Part shown: one piece after another, positions 1 to 9,149 of the stretch | How the letters are laid out: each line of letters starts with the position of its first letter | Position numbering within the stretch: position 1 is the first letter of the stretch | Source: an uncultured Bacteroidota bacterium | GTDB lineage: Bacteria; Bacteroidota; Ignavibacteria; Kryptoniales; JAKASW01 | Direction of reading: 5' to 3' | Assembly: GCA_963714955.1 (NCBI GenBank) | Contig: CAVQQJ010000007.1 | Span: 37,917-101,916, forward strand | Length of the DNA stretch: 64,000 bases | The notes under the pieces: model-generated | The model's database searches: none | Told to the model about the DNA's origin: nothing | The model's input: the letters and a program-made list of their open reading frames with translations, nothing else | Program-made: the position numbers and the translations under genes

Positions 1-20
1 GCTTTTGCTTTACAGTCAAT

Positions 21-45
21 TTGCGACTTTGCGGCTTGGCGAGAG
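21..45. repeat. One arm of a GC-rich palindromic intergenic element (TTGCGACTTTGCGGCTTGGCGAGAG). The partner arm would lie off-window.
   Basis: The same arm family occurs as complete inverted pairs at 7433-7510 and 43067-43130. Confidence 0.5.
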
Positions 46-107
46 GAAGTTCTTCAAGCGCTTCTTTTCAATACTTTTTTCTCTTCGTCCCGGAGGTCGA
101 ACGCTTG

Positions 108-803
108 TTATTTAATCCCCAGCAGTTCTATTTCAAATATCAGCACGGCATTCGGTGCGATTTGCGCGCCGGCACCCTGCTCGCCGTACGCGATGTCGGC
201 GGGGACAACAATCTGCCATTTCGACCCGACCGGCATCAATTGCAGCGCTTCGGACAATCCTTTAATAATGCCGTTGACCGGAAATACGGCAGGCTCGCCT
301 CTTTTGTATGAGTTGTCGAATTCCGTTCCGTCGATCAACACGCCGCGGTAATTCAGTGTGACCTTGTCGTTAGCTCTCGGCTTTTTGCCGCTCCCCATCG
401 TCAATACTTTGTACTGCAATCCGCTCGGCAGCGTGACAACCCCTTCTTTCTTCTTATTTTCAGCAAGAAAAACTTCCCCGTCTTTTTTATTTTTTTCTCC
501 TGCTGCTTTCATTTTCTCGGCGTGTGTTGCCATCATCTGCGTTTGAAAGGCCATCATTGCAGACCGTGCCTGGGCGTCCGTCAACATCGGTTTGCCATCG
601 CCGTTCAAATCCTTGAGCGCTTGTGCGAGTGCGTCAGGGTTGACGTCGATCATCTGCCCCTTTAAATTCCTCCCTATATCCATGCCGATGCTGTAGCTGA
701 CGCTGTCCTGCAGTGTTTTCAATTCCGTTTTATGCTGCGTGCTCTGGCATGCCGGCAGTATGATGCTGAGCCCAATCATTCCGATCAACGTAGTGTACTT
801 CAT
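108..803 (-). CDS. FKBP-type peptidyl-prolyl cis-trans isomerase, lipoprotein
   Basis: 231 aa. Lipoprotein-type signal (SIILPAC). C-terminal FKBP motifs: GLQYKVLTMGSG, NYRGVLIDGTEFDNSY, VFPVNGIIKGLSEAL, LIFEIELL. Confidence 0.9.
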   Translation of the reverse strand: MKYTTLIGMIGLSIILPACQSTQHKTELKTLQDSVSYSIGMDIGRNLKGQMIDVNPDALAQALKDLNGDGKPMLTDAQARSAMMAFQTQMMATHAEKMKAAGEKNKKDGEVFLAENKKKEGVVTLPSGLQYKVLTMGSGKKPRANDKVTLNYRGVLIDGTEFDNSYKRGEPAVFPVNGIIKGLSEALQLMPVGSKWQIVVPADIAYGEQGAGAQIAPNAVLIFEIELLGIK

Positions 804-1344
804 TAAAAGATTCCTTTATAAGTGTGTTTGTAAAAGAGACAGCATGACTTCCGTCTTTTTGAGATAATATCTATAATACGATTTTTACAGGGCTTATTCA
901 AATTACGGGAAGGAGGGGGGTGTGGTACGGTTTGAATGAACTTATCTATTCTCTACTTTCTCTGTTGCAGTAGAAAGAGGAAACGTCTCACTATATGGGA
1001 TTCTGTCCGTCATATTTTTGGAAAGCCGGAAGAGCTTTACCCGCTCCAAAGAGTAAAAAGGGGGGATGCTGTGAAGCGGCATTTGGTTAATTTCTTCAGC
1101 TGAAGGCATTCAGACTGCGTGAAAAGTCCATTGAGGTGTCATCCCCGCGCGCCGAAGGCGTTCTTTGGGGAAAAGCGGGAATCCATACCCTGCGAACATA
1201 AACTGGATTCTCGCCGAGTCGTCTTCGACCCACCTTCGTGGAAATGACAAAACCGGAGGATTGTTTTTTACACAATCTGCATTCCTTCGGAATCCGGAAA
1301 GGAGGTGCCATCGTAAGCTTGAGAGACTCCTCTTTTTTTCCGCA

Positions 1345-2502
1345 TTATTCAAATTGTAATTTGATGTTTATAATCTCCGGCCTGTTTCCCGTCCGGATGG
1401 GCGGTCCCCACGTTCCGACCCCGCATGAAACGTAATAGTGAGTACTTCCTTTTTTCTTATAGCCCCAGCTCAGTTCGTAGACTTTCTTCGTGATAAAATT
1501 AAACGGCCATAATTGTCCATGGTGAGTATGGCCTGAGAGCTGTAAGTCGACCCCGTTTGCTTCCGCTTCGGCAAGCCGGAAGGGTTGATGATCCATCAAA
1601 ATGACAGGATAACTTTTATCGACTTCCGCCATTAATTCCGAAAGAGGCTTCCTCGTCTTTCCGGTGAACCCGCGAATACTGATGTCTTCCCTTCCTACAA
1701 CGTACAGGCTGTCGCCGATCTTCACCCAAGTATCTCGCAGCATCGTGATGCCATGTTCAGCAAGGTACTTGCATGCCGGTTCGACCCCGCCGATGTATTC
1801 GTGATTGCCCGTAATCGCAAAAACCCCATATTTTGATTGTATCTTTCGCAATGTTTCACCGAGGTTGTTTCTGATCACGGGGCCGATGTCTTCGTCTACA
1901 ACATCGCCGGGGAGCAAGACAAGGTCGGGGTTGAGGGAGTTGATGTGTTCAACAATTCTTTCCAGCTTTGATTTGCAAACGATCGTGCCGAGATGGATAT
2001 CGGAAGCGACGGCAATATTCAGCGATTTTATTGCGTGACCGTTTTTTGGAATCGACAACTCAAGTGTCTTGATGATCGGCGTGCGGGCATTAACGTATCC
2101 TCCAAGCACGATGACCGTCACCATGATAATGACGACAAACGACGTTACTTCCTTTGTTCGCTCGGGATTGACGGTGAGGAATGACGGAAAAAATGGAACG
2201 ATGAAATTCAGAAGCCGGATGATATCGATCGCAAACGCGAACAGTAAAAAATAGACCATCGCTGCAAGCCAGAACGATCCGAGCAAAACTAGTGTGCTGC
2301 TCAACCAGGAAAGCGTGACACGTTCCAGCATTCTCCCGGCAATGAACGAGATGGACAAAAGAAGAAACGCCGCGACGTAGACTGTCCTCCATGTCGATTG
2401 AAATCCGCCGGCCTCCCATTCTCTGATGAAAATATAATAGTTGATAAGGGCGTAGACCGATAGAGCGATCGAAAAGAAAATAACGAAATTGATTTTTTTC
2501 AT
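1345..2502 (-). CDS. Membrane-anchored metallophosphoesterase (calcineurin-like)
   Basis: 385 aa. N-terminal TM helices, then the motifs ASDIHLG, LPGDVVD, GNHEY, GHTHHGQ. Confidence 0.85.
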   Translation of the reverse strand: MKKINFVIFFSIALSVYALINYYIFIREWEAGGFQSTWRTVYVAAFLLLSISFIAGRMLERVTLSWLSSTLVLLGSFWLAAMVYFLLFAFAIDIIRLLNFIVPFFPSFLTVNPERTKEVTSFVVIIMVTVIVLGGYVNARTPIIKTLELSIPKNGHAIKSLNIAVASDIHLGTIVCKSKLERIVEHINSLNPDLVLLPGDVVDEDIGPVIRNNLGETLRKIQSKYGVFAITGNHEYIGGVEPACKYLAEHGITMLRDTWVKIGDSLYVVGREDISIRGFTGKTRKPLSELMAEVDKSYPVILMDHQPFRLAEAEANGVDLQLSGHTHHGQLWPFNFITKKVYELSWGYKKKGSTHYYVSCGVGTWGPPIRTGNRPEIINIKLQFE

Positions 2503-2544
2503 GAAAGGCTGGATGGCAACAGGTGAGTAATCACGATAAAAACC

Positions 2545-3789
2545 TTACAGGCGAATAAAGATAAACGGCACGTGAAGGAGCGCCCAGACGGAGTACGTTA
2601 TTGCCGTCTCTTTCCTGTTCGTCGGCGACAGCACAGCAAAGTAGGCGCCCCTCGCAATCGTGTTGCTTAACATCGCGATGATAATCGCCGGAACTACTAT
2701 TTTCGACAAAGCATCCGACCCGCGAATCAACGAAAGGATAAACGGAACAACGTCGGTGACGCCGACAATCGTCGAAAGTCCGAGGACGCCTGTGTCTCCG
2801 AAGCTTTTTTGAACGATACCGGTGACAACAGAAAGAATGACGAACAATGCGGCAAACGCCATTGCCGGACGGATTTCAAACGGGTTCTGCAACGTCGGGA
2901 CCGAATTTTCAGTGTTTGTCGAACTCCGCCACATAATCCGAGCCGACAATGCAATGCCGATAAAAAAAAGGATCACCAGCCGCCAGGCCAACACAGGAAT
3001 AATACTGTCATTGATGATCCAGATCAAAATCAGAATCCGGAGATTCATGACGCTCCCCGCAAGAACCGACGCTTGCAACGCTTCCTCCGCGCGCTGGGGA
3101 TCCTTTCGTGCGATTCTCCCCACGGCCAAGGTCAGCGCGGTGCTCGAGATAACACCACCCAGCGCTCCAGACAGCCACATGCCGATCTTTTGGCCGAATT
3201 TTTTCGAAAGGAAGTAGCCGACAAAACCGATCGTGGAAACGAGGATGACAATTTTCCAAATGCTTGTCGGGTTGAGCTTAAACGGAGTGTATTCCTGGTC
3301 CGGAAGAACGGGGAGAATGATGACGGTAACAAGAAGGAATTTTATCGTGGCAAGAAATTCGACCTTGTTGAGCCGCTCAACATACGATTCGAGCGCAGCT
3401 TTTTCGGAAAGCAGAATGGTGTTGACGACGCCGATCGCCATTGCGATCCACACGTCGACGAGTAGAGCGAGCGCGCCCGTAACGAACGTGAGAAGCGCGG
3501 AGATTTCACTCGTCGACCCATAACGCTCGACTTTAATTTTTGCAATGTATGCAATCGACGTCAGTGCGGCGATGGACAACAAGCCGACCGGCAGCATAAG
3601 CACCGCGCCAATCTTGTAGAACCATGCGCAGCCGAACCCGAGCAGGCTGATGATCGGATGCGTGCGCACACCGCCGAATACCATTTTCTGCTCTTCGATT
3701 TTCGTGCTCTCGCGCTCCAACCCGACGAGAAACCCGAGAGCGAGAGCGACAAGAAAGCGCAACTCGGGCGTCCATTCAAATGTATTCAT
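2545..3789 (-). CDS. MgtC/SapB-family membrane protein with DUF4010-like extension
   Basis: 414 aa, polytopic. MgtC-type N-terminus (LALGFLVGLERE). Confidence 0.75.
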   Translation of the reverse strand: MNTFEWTPELRFLVALALGFLVGLERESTKIEEQKMVFGGVRTHPIISLLGFGCAWFYKIGAVLMLPVGLLSIAALTSIAYIAKIKVERYGSTSEISALLTFVTGALALLVDVWIAMAIGVVNTILLSEKAALESYVERLNKVEFLATIKFLLVTVIILPVLPDQEYTPFKLNPTSIWKIVILVSTIGFVGYFLSKKFGQKIGMWLSGALGGVISSTALTLAVGRIARKDPQRAEEALQASVLAGSVMNLRILILIWIINDSIIPVLAWRLVILFFIGIALSARIMWRSSTNTENSVPTLQNPFEIRPAMAFAALFVILSVVTGIVQKSFGDTGVLGLSTIVGVTDVVPFILSLIRGSDALSKIVVPAIIIAMLSNTIARGAYFAVLSPTNRKETAITYSVWALLHVPFIFIRL

Positions 3790-3933
3790 ACACTACCGTA
3801 TACAATATTTCGTTATAATCGTCTATATTCTTTTGCGGACGTGGGATCGTCGTTGAAATTTTCATGCGTGAATATAGAAATTCCCGATTACAGAATCAAA
3901 CAATTCGGCCGACAGGTGTGGCTACTGAATACC

Positions 3934-5961
3934 TTATTTCGTTATCCCAAACTCCTTCAACAAAAATGCGTACACGAACGCTTGTTCTTTGTATGCATCG
4001 TAGCGCCCCGAAGCGCCGCTGTGTCCCGCTCCCATATTCATTTTCAGAAGGAGAAGATTGGAACCCGTTTTCGTTGCACGCATTTTTGCGGCATACTTGG
4101 CCGGTTCCCAATACATGACTTGACTGTCATTGATCGACGCGGTGATAAGGATATCAGGATATGATTTCGTTTCGATGTTCGAGTAGGGGCAGTACGTTTT
4201 CATGTAGTCATAGTCGGCCTTCACATTCGGGTTTCCCCACTCAAGGTACTCGCCCACCGTTAGCGGCAATGTTGTGTCGAGCATTGTGTTTACAACATCC
4301 ACAAACGGCACAGCAAGGTGAGCGGCTTTACACAGAGCTGGGCGGATGTTCAAGACTGCTCCGATAAGCAAACCGCCGGCGCTCCCTCCTTGAATCGCAA
4401 GGCGGTCGTTCGATGTATACCCCTGCTTCACGCAATACTCTGCGCACGCGATGAAATCGGTGAATGTAGTTTTCTTCTTCAACATCTTTCCGTCATCCCG
4501 CCATTGGTCTCCCATCTCGCCCCCTCCGCGGATATGAGCTATGGCATAGACAACGCCTCGCTCAAGCAGGCTTAAACGCGGGATGGAAAAATCTACGGGG
4601 ATCGAAATACCGTATGAGCCGTAGCCGTACAACAATAGCGGACGTGAGCCGTCCCTTTTCATTCCATTCTTGTACACGAGTGAAATCGGAATTTCCGTTC
4701 CGTCGGATGCCCTCGCCCAGACGCGTTCCGACACAAATTGTGCCGGGTCGTACCCGCCGAGAACTTCCGTCTGTTTCAACAGCACGATCTCTCCCGACTC
4801 CATATTGTACTCGAACACCGAACTTGGCGTGATGAACGATTGATAACTGTAACGGAATTTCGTTGTGTGGAATTCGGGATTAGCGCTGGGGAAGGCGGAG
4901 TAGACGGGCTCGGGAAAACCAATGTCCTGAATTCTATCCGCCCGAAAATCAAGCACGCGCAGCGTGTTCAGCGCATTCTTTCGTTCGCTGAAGACGGCAT
5001 GATTTCTGAACAATGCCACATCTTCTAATTTTGTGTCAGTCCGATGAGGTACAAGTTCATTCCAATTCTCGGGCGACGGTTTCTCAACAGGCGTCGTGAC
5101 AAGTCGAAAGTTTTTTGCATTCTTGTTTGTACGAATATAGAAAAGACCTTCGCGATGGCCGACGGAATACTCGTGCCCTTCTTCCCTTGCCAGCAGGAGC
5201 GCAAACTTATTCTCCCCCCTGTTGCTTGAGAGATACCATACTTCACTGGTGATCGAACTTTCCGAGTAAAGGAATATATATTCGTGGTCGCTCGATCGGC
5301 TTACCCAAACCCTATACAACTCGTCCTTTTCTTCATACACCACGTCATCGTTTGACATCCCAAGCACGTGCTTGTGTAATCTGTACGGACGCTTCGCATA
5401 ATCTTCCTTCACATAGAAGATCGTTTTGTTGTCGGACGCCCACTCAGCTGAATTTACCTGCCCGAGAGCATCCGGTAAAACTGCCCCCGTTTGAAAATCC
5501 TTAATGTATCCCCGATATTCGCGAAACCCGGTCGTGTCGAGGGAGTAGAGCAGGAGGTTTCCATCGTCGCTGATTTTGTACAGCCCAAGCCCGAGGAATT
5601 GATGCCCCTTTGCGAGCTCGTTGAGGTCGAGCGTGATCTGTTCCACCCCATCCATCGACCCATGTCTGCGGCAATACAGCGGGTATTGTTTTCCTTCTTC
5701 TGTTCTTGTGTAGTACCAATACTCTCCGTATTTGTATGGCGCGCTGAGGTCGGTCTGTTTGATGCGGCCGAGGATTTCCTTGTAGAGAGACGCTTGGAAC
5801 TCTTCCGTCGGCTTCATCACTGATTCGGTGTAGGCATTCTCGGATTCCAGGTAAGCGATGACTTCCGGGTCTGTCTTTTCCCGCAACCAGTAATAATTGT
5901 CTATCCGGATGTCGCCGTGAACGGAATCAACCTTGGGGATTATTTTTGCGGAGGGAGGCAC
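3934..5961 (-). CDS. ptrB: Oligopeptidase B (S9A prolyl oligopeptidase family)
   Basis: The N-terminus PPSAKIIPKVDSVHGDIRIDNYYWLRE aligns with the start of E. coli PtrB. Catalytic serine motif GGSAGG is present. The track ORF starts at a GTG at 6060, but its first 33 codons are only the translated heptad repeat. The GTG at 5961 gives the canonical N-terminus. Confidence 0.88.
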   Translation of the reverse strand: MPPSAKIIPKVDSVHGDIRIDNYYWLREKTDPEVIAYLESENAYTESVMKPTEEFQASLYKEILGRIKQTDLSAPYKYGEYWYYTRTEEGKQYPLYCRRHGSMDGVEQITLDLNELAKGHQFLGLGLYKISDDGNLLLYSLDTTGFREYRGYIKDFQTGAVLPDALGQVNSAEWASDNKTIFYVKEDYAKRPYRLHKHVLGMSNDDVVYEEKDELYRVWVSRSSDHEYIFLYSESSITSEVWYLSSNRGENKFALLLAREEGHEYSVGHREGLFYIRTNKNAKNFRLVTTPVEKPSPENWNELVPHRTDTKLEDVALFRNHAVFSERKNALNTLRVLDFRADRIQDIGFPEPVYSAFPSANPEFHTTKFRYSYQSFITPSSVFEYNMESGEIVLLKQTEVLGGYDPAQFVSERVWARASDGTEIPISLVYKNGMKRDGSRPLLLYGYGSYGISIPVDFSIPRLSLLERGVVYAIAHIRGGGEMGDQWRDDGKMLKKKTTFTDFIACAEYCVKQGYTSNDRLAIQGGSAGGLLIGAVLNIRPALCKAAHLAVPFVDVVNTMLDTTLPLTVGEYLEWGNPNVKADYDYMKTYCPYSNIETKSYPDILITASINDSQVMYWEPAKYAAKMRATKTGSNLLLLKMNMGAGHSGASGRYDAYKEQAFVYAFLLKEFGITK

Positions 5962-6043
5962 GGTGGTAGGTTGTACGCTATAGGTTGTAAGTTCTAAGTT
6001 GTAGGTTGTAAGTTGTAAGTTGTAAGTTGTAAGTTGTAAGTTC
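5962..6043 (-). repeat. Heptad tandem repeat, (TTACAAC)x5 plus about 5 degenerate units, immediately upstream of ptrB
   Basis: Plus strand 6005-6039 is gttgtaa repeated 5 times perfectly. Degenerate units (ctacaac, ttagaac, ttacaac, tacaacc) run on to the GTG at 5961. Confidence 0.9.
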
Positions 6044-6093
6044 AAAAAATCAAAGGCCACACAACATATAACTTAGAACTTCTCTGTATCACG

Positions 6094-7323
6094 CTACTTT
6101 ATCCTTTTCACGACCACAATCGTCTTATCATCGGAATACTTCCCCTTCGAGCCAAACTTCTGAACATCTTCCAGAATCAACCGTGCAATATCCTTCGCAC
6201 TCTCTTGTTTGAATTCTAAGAGCTTGTCGATCAAACGTTTTTCCGAATATTGGTTCCCGGATGCATCCATTGTCTCCGTCACTCCGTCCGTAAACAGCAA
6301 AAGAACGTCTCCCTTGGCGATCATAATTCCTTCACTCCGAAACGCCTGGTCGGGAAAAGGCCCGATGACATTTCCCGTCGATTCAAGCGCCTCTGTTGTG
6401 TTTGTCTTTGCCCGGTAGAGAATTGGATTGGGATGCCCCGCGTTGACATAAACGCACAAGCCGTGTTTATCGTTGATAAGTTCGGCATAAAAGAGAGTGA
6501 GGAACCTGTCATCGCTGAACGCCCGGTGAACGAGCGTATTGATGTTCCGGATGAGTGCGGTGATTTTTGTTTGGTACGACGCGCCCATGCGGAGGGCGCC
6601 GGAAACGTAGAGCGCCTGAACGGCGGCAGAAATTCCTTTGCTCGCCGCATCGCCGATGACAATGCTGACGCGGTCATTGTCATCGCTCACGATGTAGTCA
6701 AAAAAATCTCCGCCGACGACCCTGTCGGCGACAGAGACGCCGAACATTTCATAATTATGGAACCGCAGTTCGTGTTCCGGAAGAATGCTCCGTTGAATCT
6801 CGCGTGCCTTATCCAAATCTTTCTCGATCTGCGCGCTCTTCCGCTCGATATGCCTGCTCTTCAACATCGACGTTACAGCGATGCCGATAATGTTGAGTGT
6901 CGGCGCGATCTGGTCGTGCGTCAAGTCGGTGTTAAACGACATCACGTACCGATAGAGTTCGCCGTCTCTTACTTTTACTAATTCCCCAACGCCGGTCGCC
7001 GAATATTTAAAAATCCCTTTGCTTCGAAGATAGGCATTGGTCTCCTTGGCAACAATGGTGCGTTGTTTTGGCAGCGTTTTGAACACACGATATTCGTTTA
7101 CTTTGACGAGAAAGTGAGGCTTTATTTTTTCCATCGCCCCCACCTGCCCGACAAGCTCGTACGCATATTTGGTCGCGTTCAACTTCCACACGCGCCCCCC
7201 TTGAATTTCGATCCTGTCATTCTGGACGATCTGATGGAGCACGTGCTTAAGGAGCTCTTCACTGGAATCGAATTTCCTGCTGTCGAAACTTTCAATCGTC
7301 TTGTGTAATTGTCTCTGATTCAT
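6094..7323 (-). CDS. PP2C/SpoIIE-family serine phosphatase (RsbU-like) with an uncharacterised N-terminal domain
   Basis: 409 aa. Motifs GGDFFDY, GDAASKGISAA, LLLFTDGVTE, DDKTIVVVKR. Confidence 0.85.
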   Translation of the reverse strand: MNQRQLHKTIESFDSRKFDSSEELLKHVLHQIVQNDRIEIQGGRVWKLNATKYAYELVGQVGAMEKIKPHFLVKVNEYRVFKTLPKQRTIVAKETNAYLRSKGIFKYSATGVGELVKVRDGELYRYVMSFNTDLTHDQIAPTLNIIGIAVTSMLKSRHIERKSAQIEKDLDKAREIQRSILPEHELRFHNYEMFGVSVADRVVGGDFFDYIVSDDNDRVSIVIGDAASKGISAAVQALYVSGALRMGASYQTKITALIRNINTLVHRAFSDDRFLTLFYAELINDKHGLCVYVNAGHPNPILYRAKTNTTEALESTGNVIGPFPDQAFRSEGIMIAKGDVLLLFTDGVTETMDASGNQYSEKRLIDKLLEFKQESAKDIARLILEDVQKFGSKGKYSDDKTIVVVKRIK

Positions 7324-7432
7324 AGTTCCTTAATTAGGGTTTGATGATTTTTGGCTACAAAATGTAACGACATATTCCCGAAGAAACAAGACGGAATGAA
7401 CTACCCCTTTCTGAAACATAAACTTCTTTTAA

Positions 7433-7510
7433 CCGCGAAGACGCCAAGTCCGCCAAGAAGTTTGAGTATAACGGACAATAAAACCCTTGGCGTTCTTTGC
7501 GTCTTGGCGG
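7433..7510. repeat. GC-rich palindromic intergenic element (REP/BIME-like)
   Basis: Arms CCGCGAAGACGCCAAGTCCGCCAAGAAG (7433-7460) and CCTTGGCGTTCTTTGCGTCTTGGCGG (7485-7510) are imperfect reverse complements. Same family as 21-45 and 43067-43130. Confidence 0.6.
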
Positions 7511-7561
7511 TAAAACACACATTTATGCATTGTCATCAGTACGGCAAATGCTCCGTTCCTA

Positions 7562-9106
7562 ATTGCCTCATGTAAGAATCTCGATGAGAGATGATTCGTT
7601 GCCTCACGTAAGGATCTCGATGAAATGGTAGTCAGAATGTTCATTGAGAGACCTGTGGATTGGGAGAGCGGTTGTCAGTATGAAGAATCTTTTGTTGTAA
7701 AGCAACAGGATCAGATGGGATGGTATAGATGCGCCACGGATGCATTATTTTTGGGTAGCCCGGTGGAATCCTTGAGATTTTGGGAGCGCGTAGAGCCGAG
7801 TGAGAGAGTTGTTGTTGAAGATCAGCAATCGACCTCATGAGTTGAGCAGGATTGAGAGTGTCATAGAGGGTGGAGAGCTGATCTTTGATGTTTTGAGAAA
7901 TCGCAGGATGCTGAATGACCCGGTGGTATGGAGTCAGGGGCGGATCATAACGCCGAGAGACTCTGCTGCCGATGCGGACTTTTTCACGGAGCCTCATACT
8001 GGGCTGAAAGAAGTTGGTGTAGAGTCTGAGGTGCTGGTAGAGGGTGCGCAAGAGCTGAAGCTGCTCAGCTTGATCATAGCGATAATAGCCGACAGTTTTG
8101 CGAACGACGGAGTAGTTTTTTTGCTCGATGAAACAGTTGTCATTCTTGCGATAGGGACGGCTGCGGGTAAAGGTAATCTGATGTTCATCACAATAGCGAA
8201 GCAGCTGATTGTTGATGAACTCGCCCCCGTTATCGGAGTCAATGCCGAGCAACGGAAAAGGGATCGTACGAGTGATATCCTGTAAGGCGGCAAAGACATA
8301 ACATTGGGCCTTGTTTTTGACGGCTCGTGTTTCAGTCCAGGCAGTAGCAATATCGGTAACATCGAGGCTTTGGATATAATCGCCGTAGGCAATACCGCCG
8401 TCGTGAGCAACCAGATCAACTTCGACAAAACCAGGCATGGCATCATTCCAATCGGCAAAAGTACGAATGGGGATGTGATGCTTTAAGAGGGTGCCCGGTT
8501 TTGTGTGTGAGCGTCCTTTGAGGCGACTTTTTGCTTTGGTTGGTCCTAACAGACGGTCAGCGGTTGCGTGGCTCATGGTAAGCAACTTTGAGCGAAGCTC
8601 ATCGTTAAGTAAGAGTTCTCCATAGCGTTCAAGGATAGGCAGAGTTTGGCGGATAAAGACCACGAGTCGTTTACCGCACAATCCGTTGGAGATCGCCCAC
8701 AAACGCTTCAGCGCTTCCTCAACGGGTTTGTCGTAGATACACGCGCGCTTTCGACGGTGCCTCGTAAGAGACAGTTGCCCAACAACGGCGATGACACGCC
8801 GACCGTCAACGACACAGTTCTTTCGACGTCCGTAGTTTTTTAAGAGAAACGACGCATAACAGCGTCCATATCCGGTGAGAGCGGTAAACTCGTCGAGGAT
8901 CCGTATGCGTTCACGCTTCGTTGAGCGCTGGTATCGAGGTGCAAGCTCTTTGACAACAGCATAACGTTCTTTCATGGTAAGCCCCATCGTTTACCTCCTG
9001 TCAGGTGATGATAGCTGGCAGGAGTATCTGAAAATTGTGATTGATTTGATATAGATTTTTCCGTGAGGCAATCACATGTTTTCCTATAGATTTTTGATGA
9101 GGCAAA
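7562..9106 (-). mobile_element. Insertion sequence, about 1.55 kb, carrying a single DDE transposase
   Basis: Imperfect terminal inverted repeats: ATTGCCTCATGTAAGAATCT (7562-7581) matches the reverse complement of 9088-9106 (TTTGCCTCATCAAAAATCT). A second TTGCCTCAYG copy lies 34-36 bp inside each end (7599-7608 and 9062-9071). No target-site duplication could be identified. Confidence 0.8.
7641..8987 (-). CDS. DDE (rve/integrase-core) transposase. The family (ISNCY- or IS481-like) was not resolved.
   Basis: 448 aa. N-terminal HTH-like region (ILDEFTALTGYGRCYASFLL). Candidate DDE triad: VEVDLVAHDG, GIDSDNGGEF, CFIEQKNYS. Confidence 0.85.
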   Translation of the reverse strand: MGLTMKERYAVVKELAPRYQRSTKRERIRILDEFTALTGYGRCYASFLLKNYGRRKNCVVDGRRVIAVVGQLSLTRHRRKRACIYDKPVEEALKRLWAISNGLCGKRLVVFIRQTLPILERYGELLLNDELRSKLLTMSHATADRLLGPTKAKSRLKGRSHTKPGTLLKHHIPIRTFADWNDAMPGFVEVDLVAHDGGIAYGDYIQSLDVTDIATAWTETRAVKNKAQCYVFAALQDITRTIPFPLLGIDSDNGGEFINNQLLRYCDEHQITFTRSRPYRKNDNCFIEQKNYSVVRKTVGYYRYDQAEQLQLLRTLYQHLRLYTNFFQPSMRLREKVRIGSRVSRRYDPPLTPYHRVIQHPAISQNIKDQLSTLYDTLNPAQLMRSIADLQQQLSHSALRAPKISRIPPGYPKIMHPWRIYTIPSDPVALQQKILHTDNRSPNPQVSQ

Positions 9107-9149
9107 TCGCGTTCTTGATTGCCCGCCGATTTTTCCCTACATTTTTATC

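Noticed and set aside
804-1344. 540-bp gene-free region containing several hairpins. I examined it for SRP RNA, tmRNA, RNase P and common riboswitch signatures.
   Set aside because: No diagnostic conserved motif was present. Only a loose resemblance to the SRP GGAAGGAAGCAG segment was seen. The overlapping small ORFs look non-coding. The region is left unexplained.
2809-3465. 218-aa plus-strand ORF and its neighbours overlapping the MgtC-like gene
   Set aside because: They are antisense to a convincing polytopic membrane protein, and their composition is rich in Arg, Asp and Asn.
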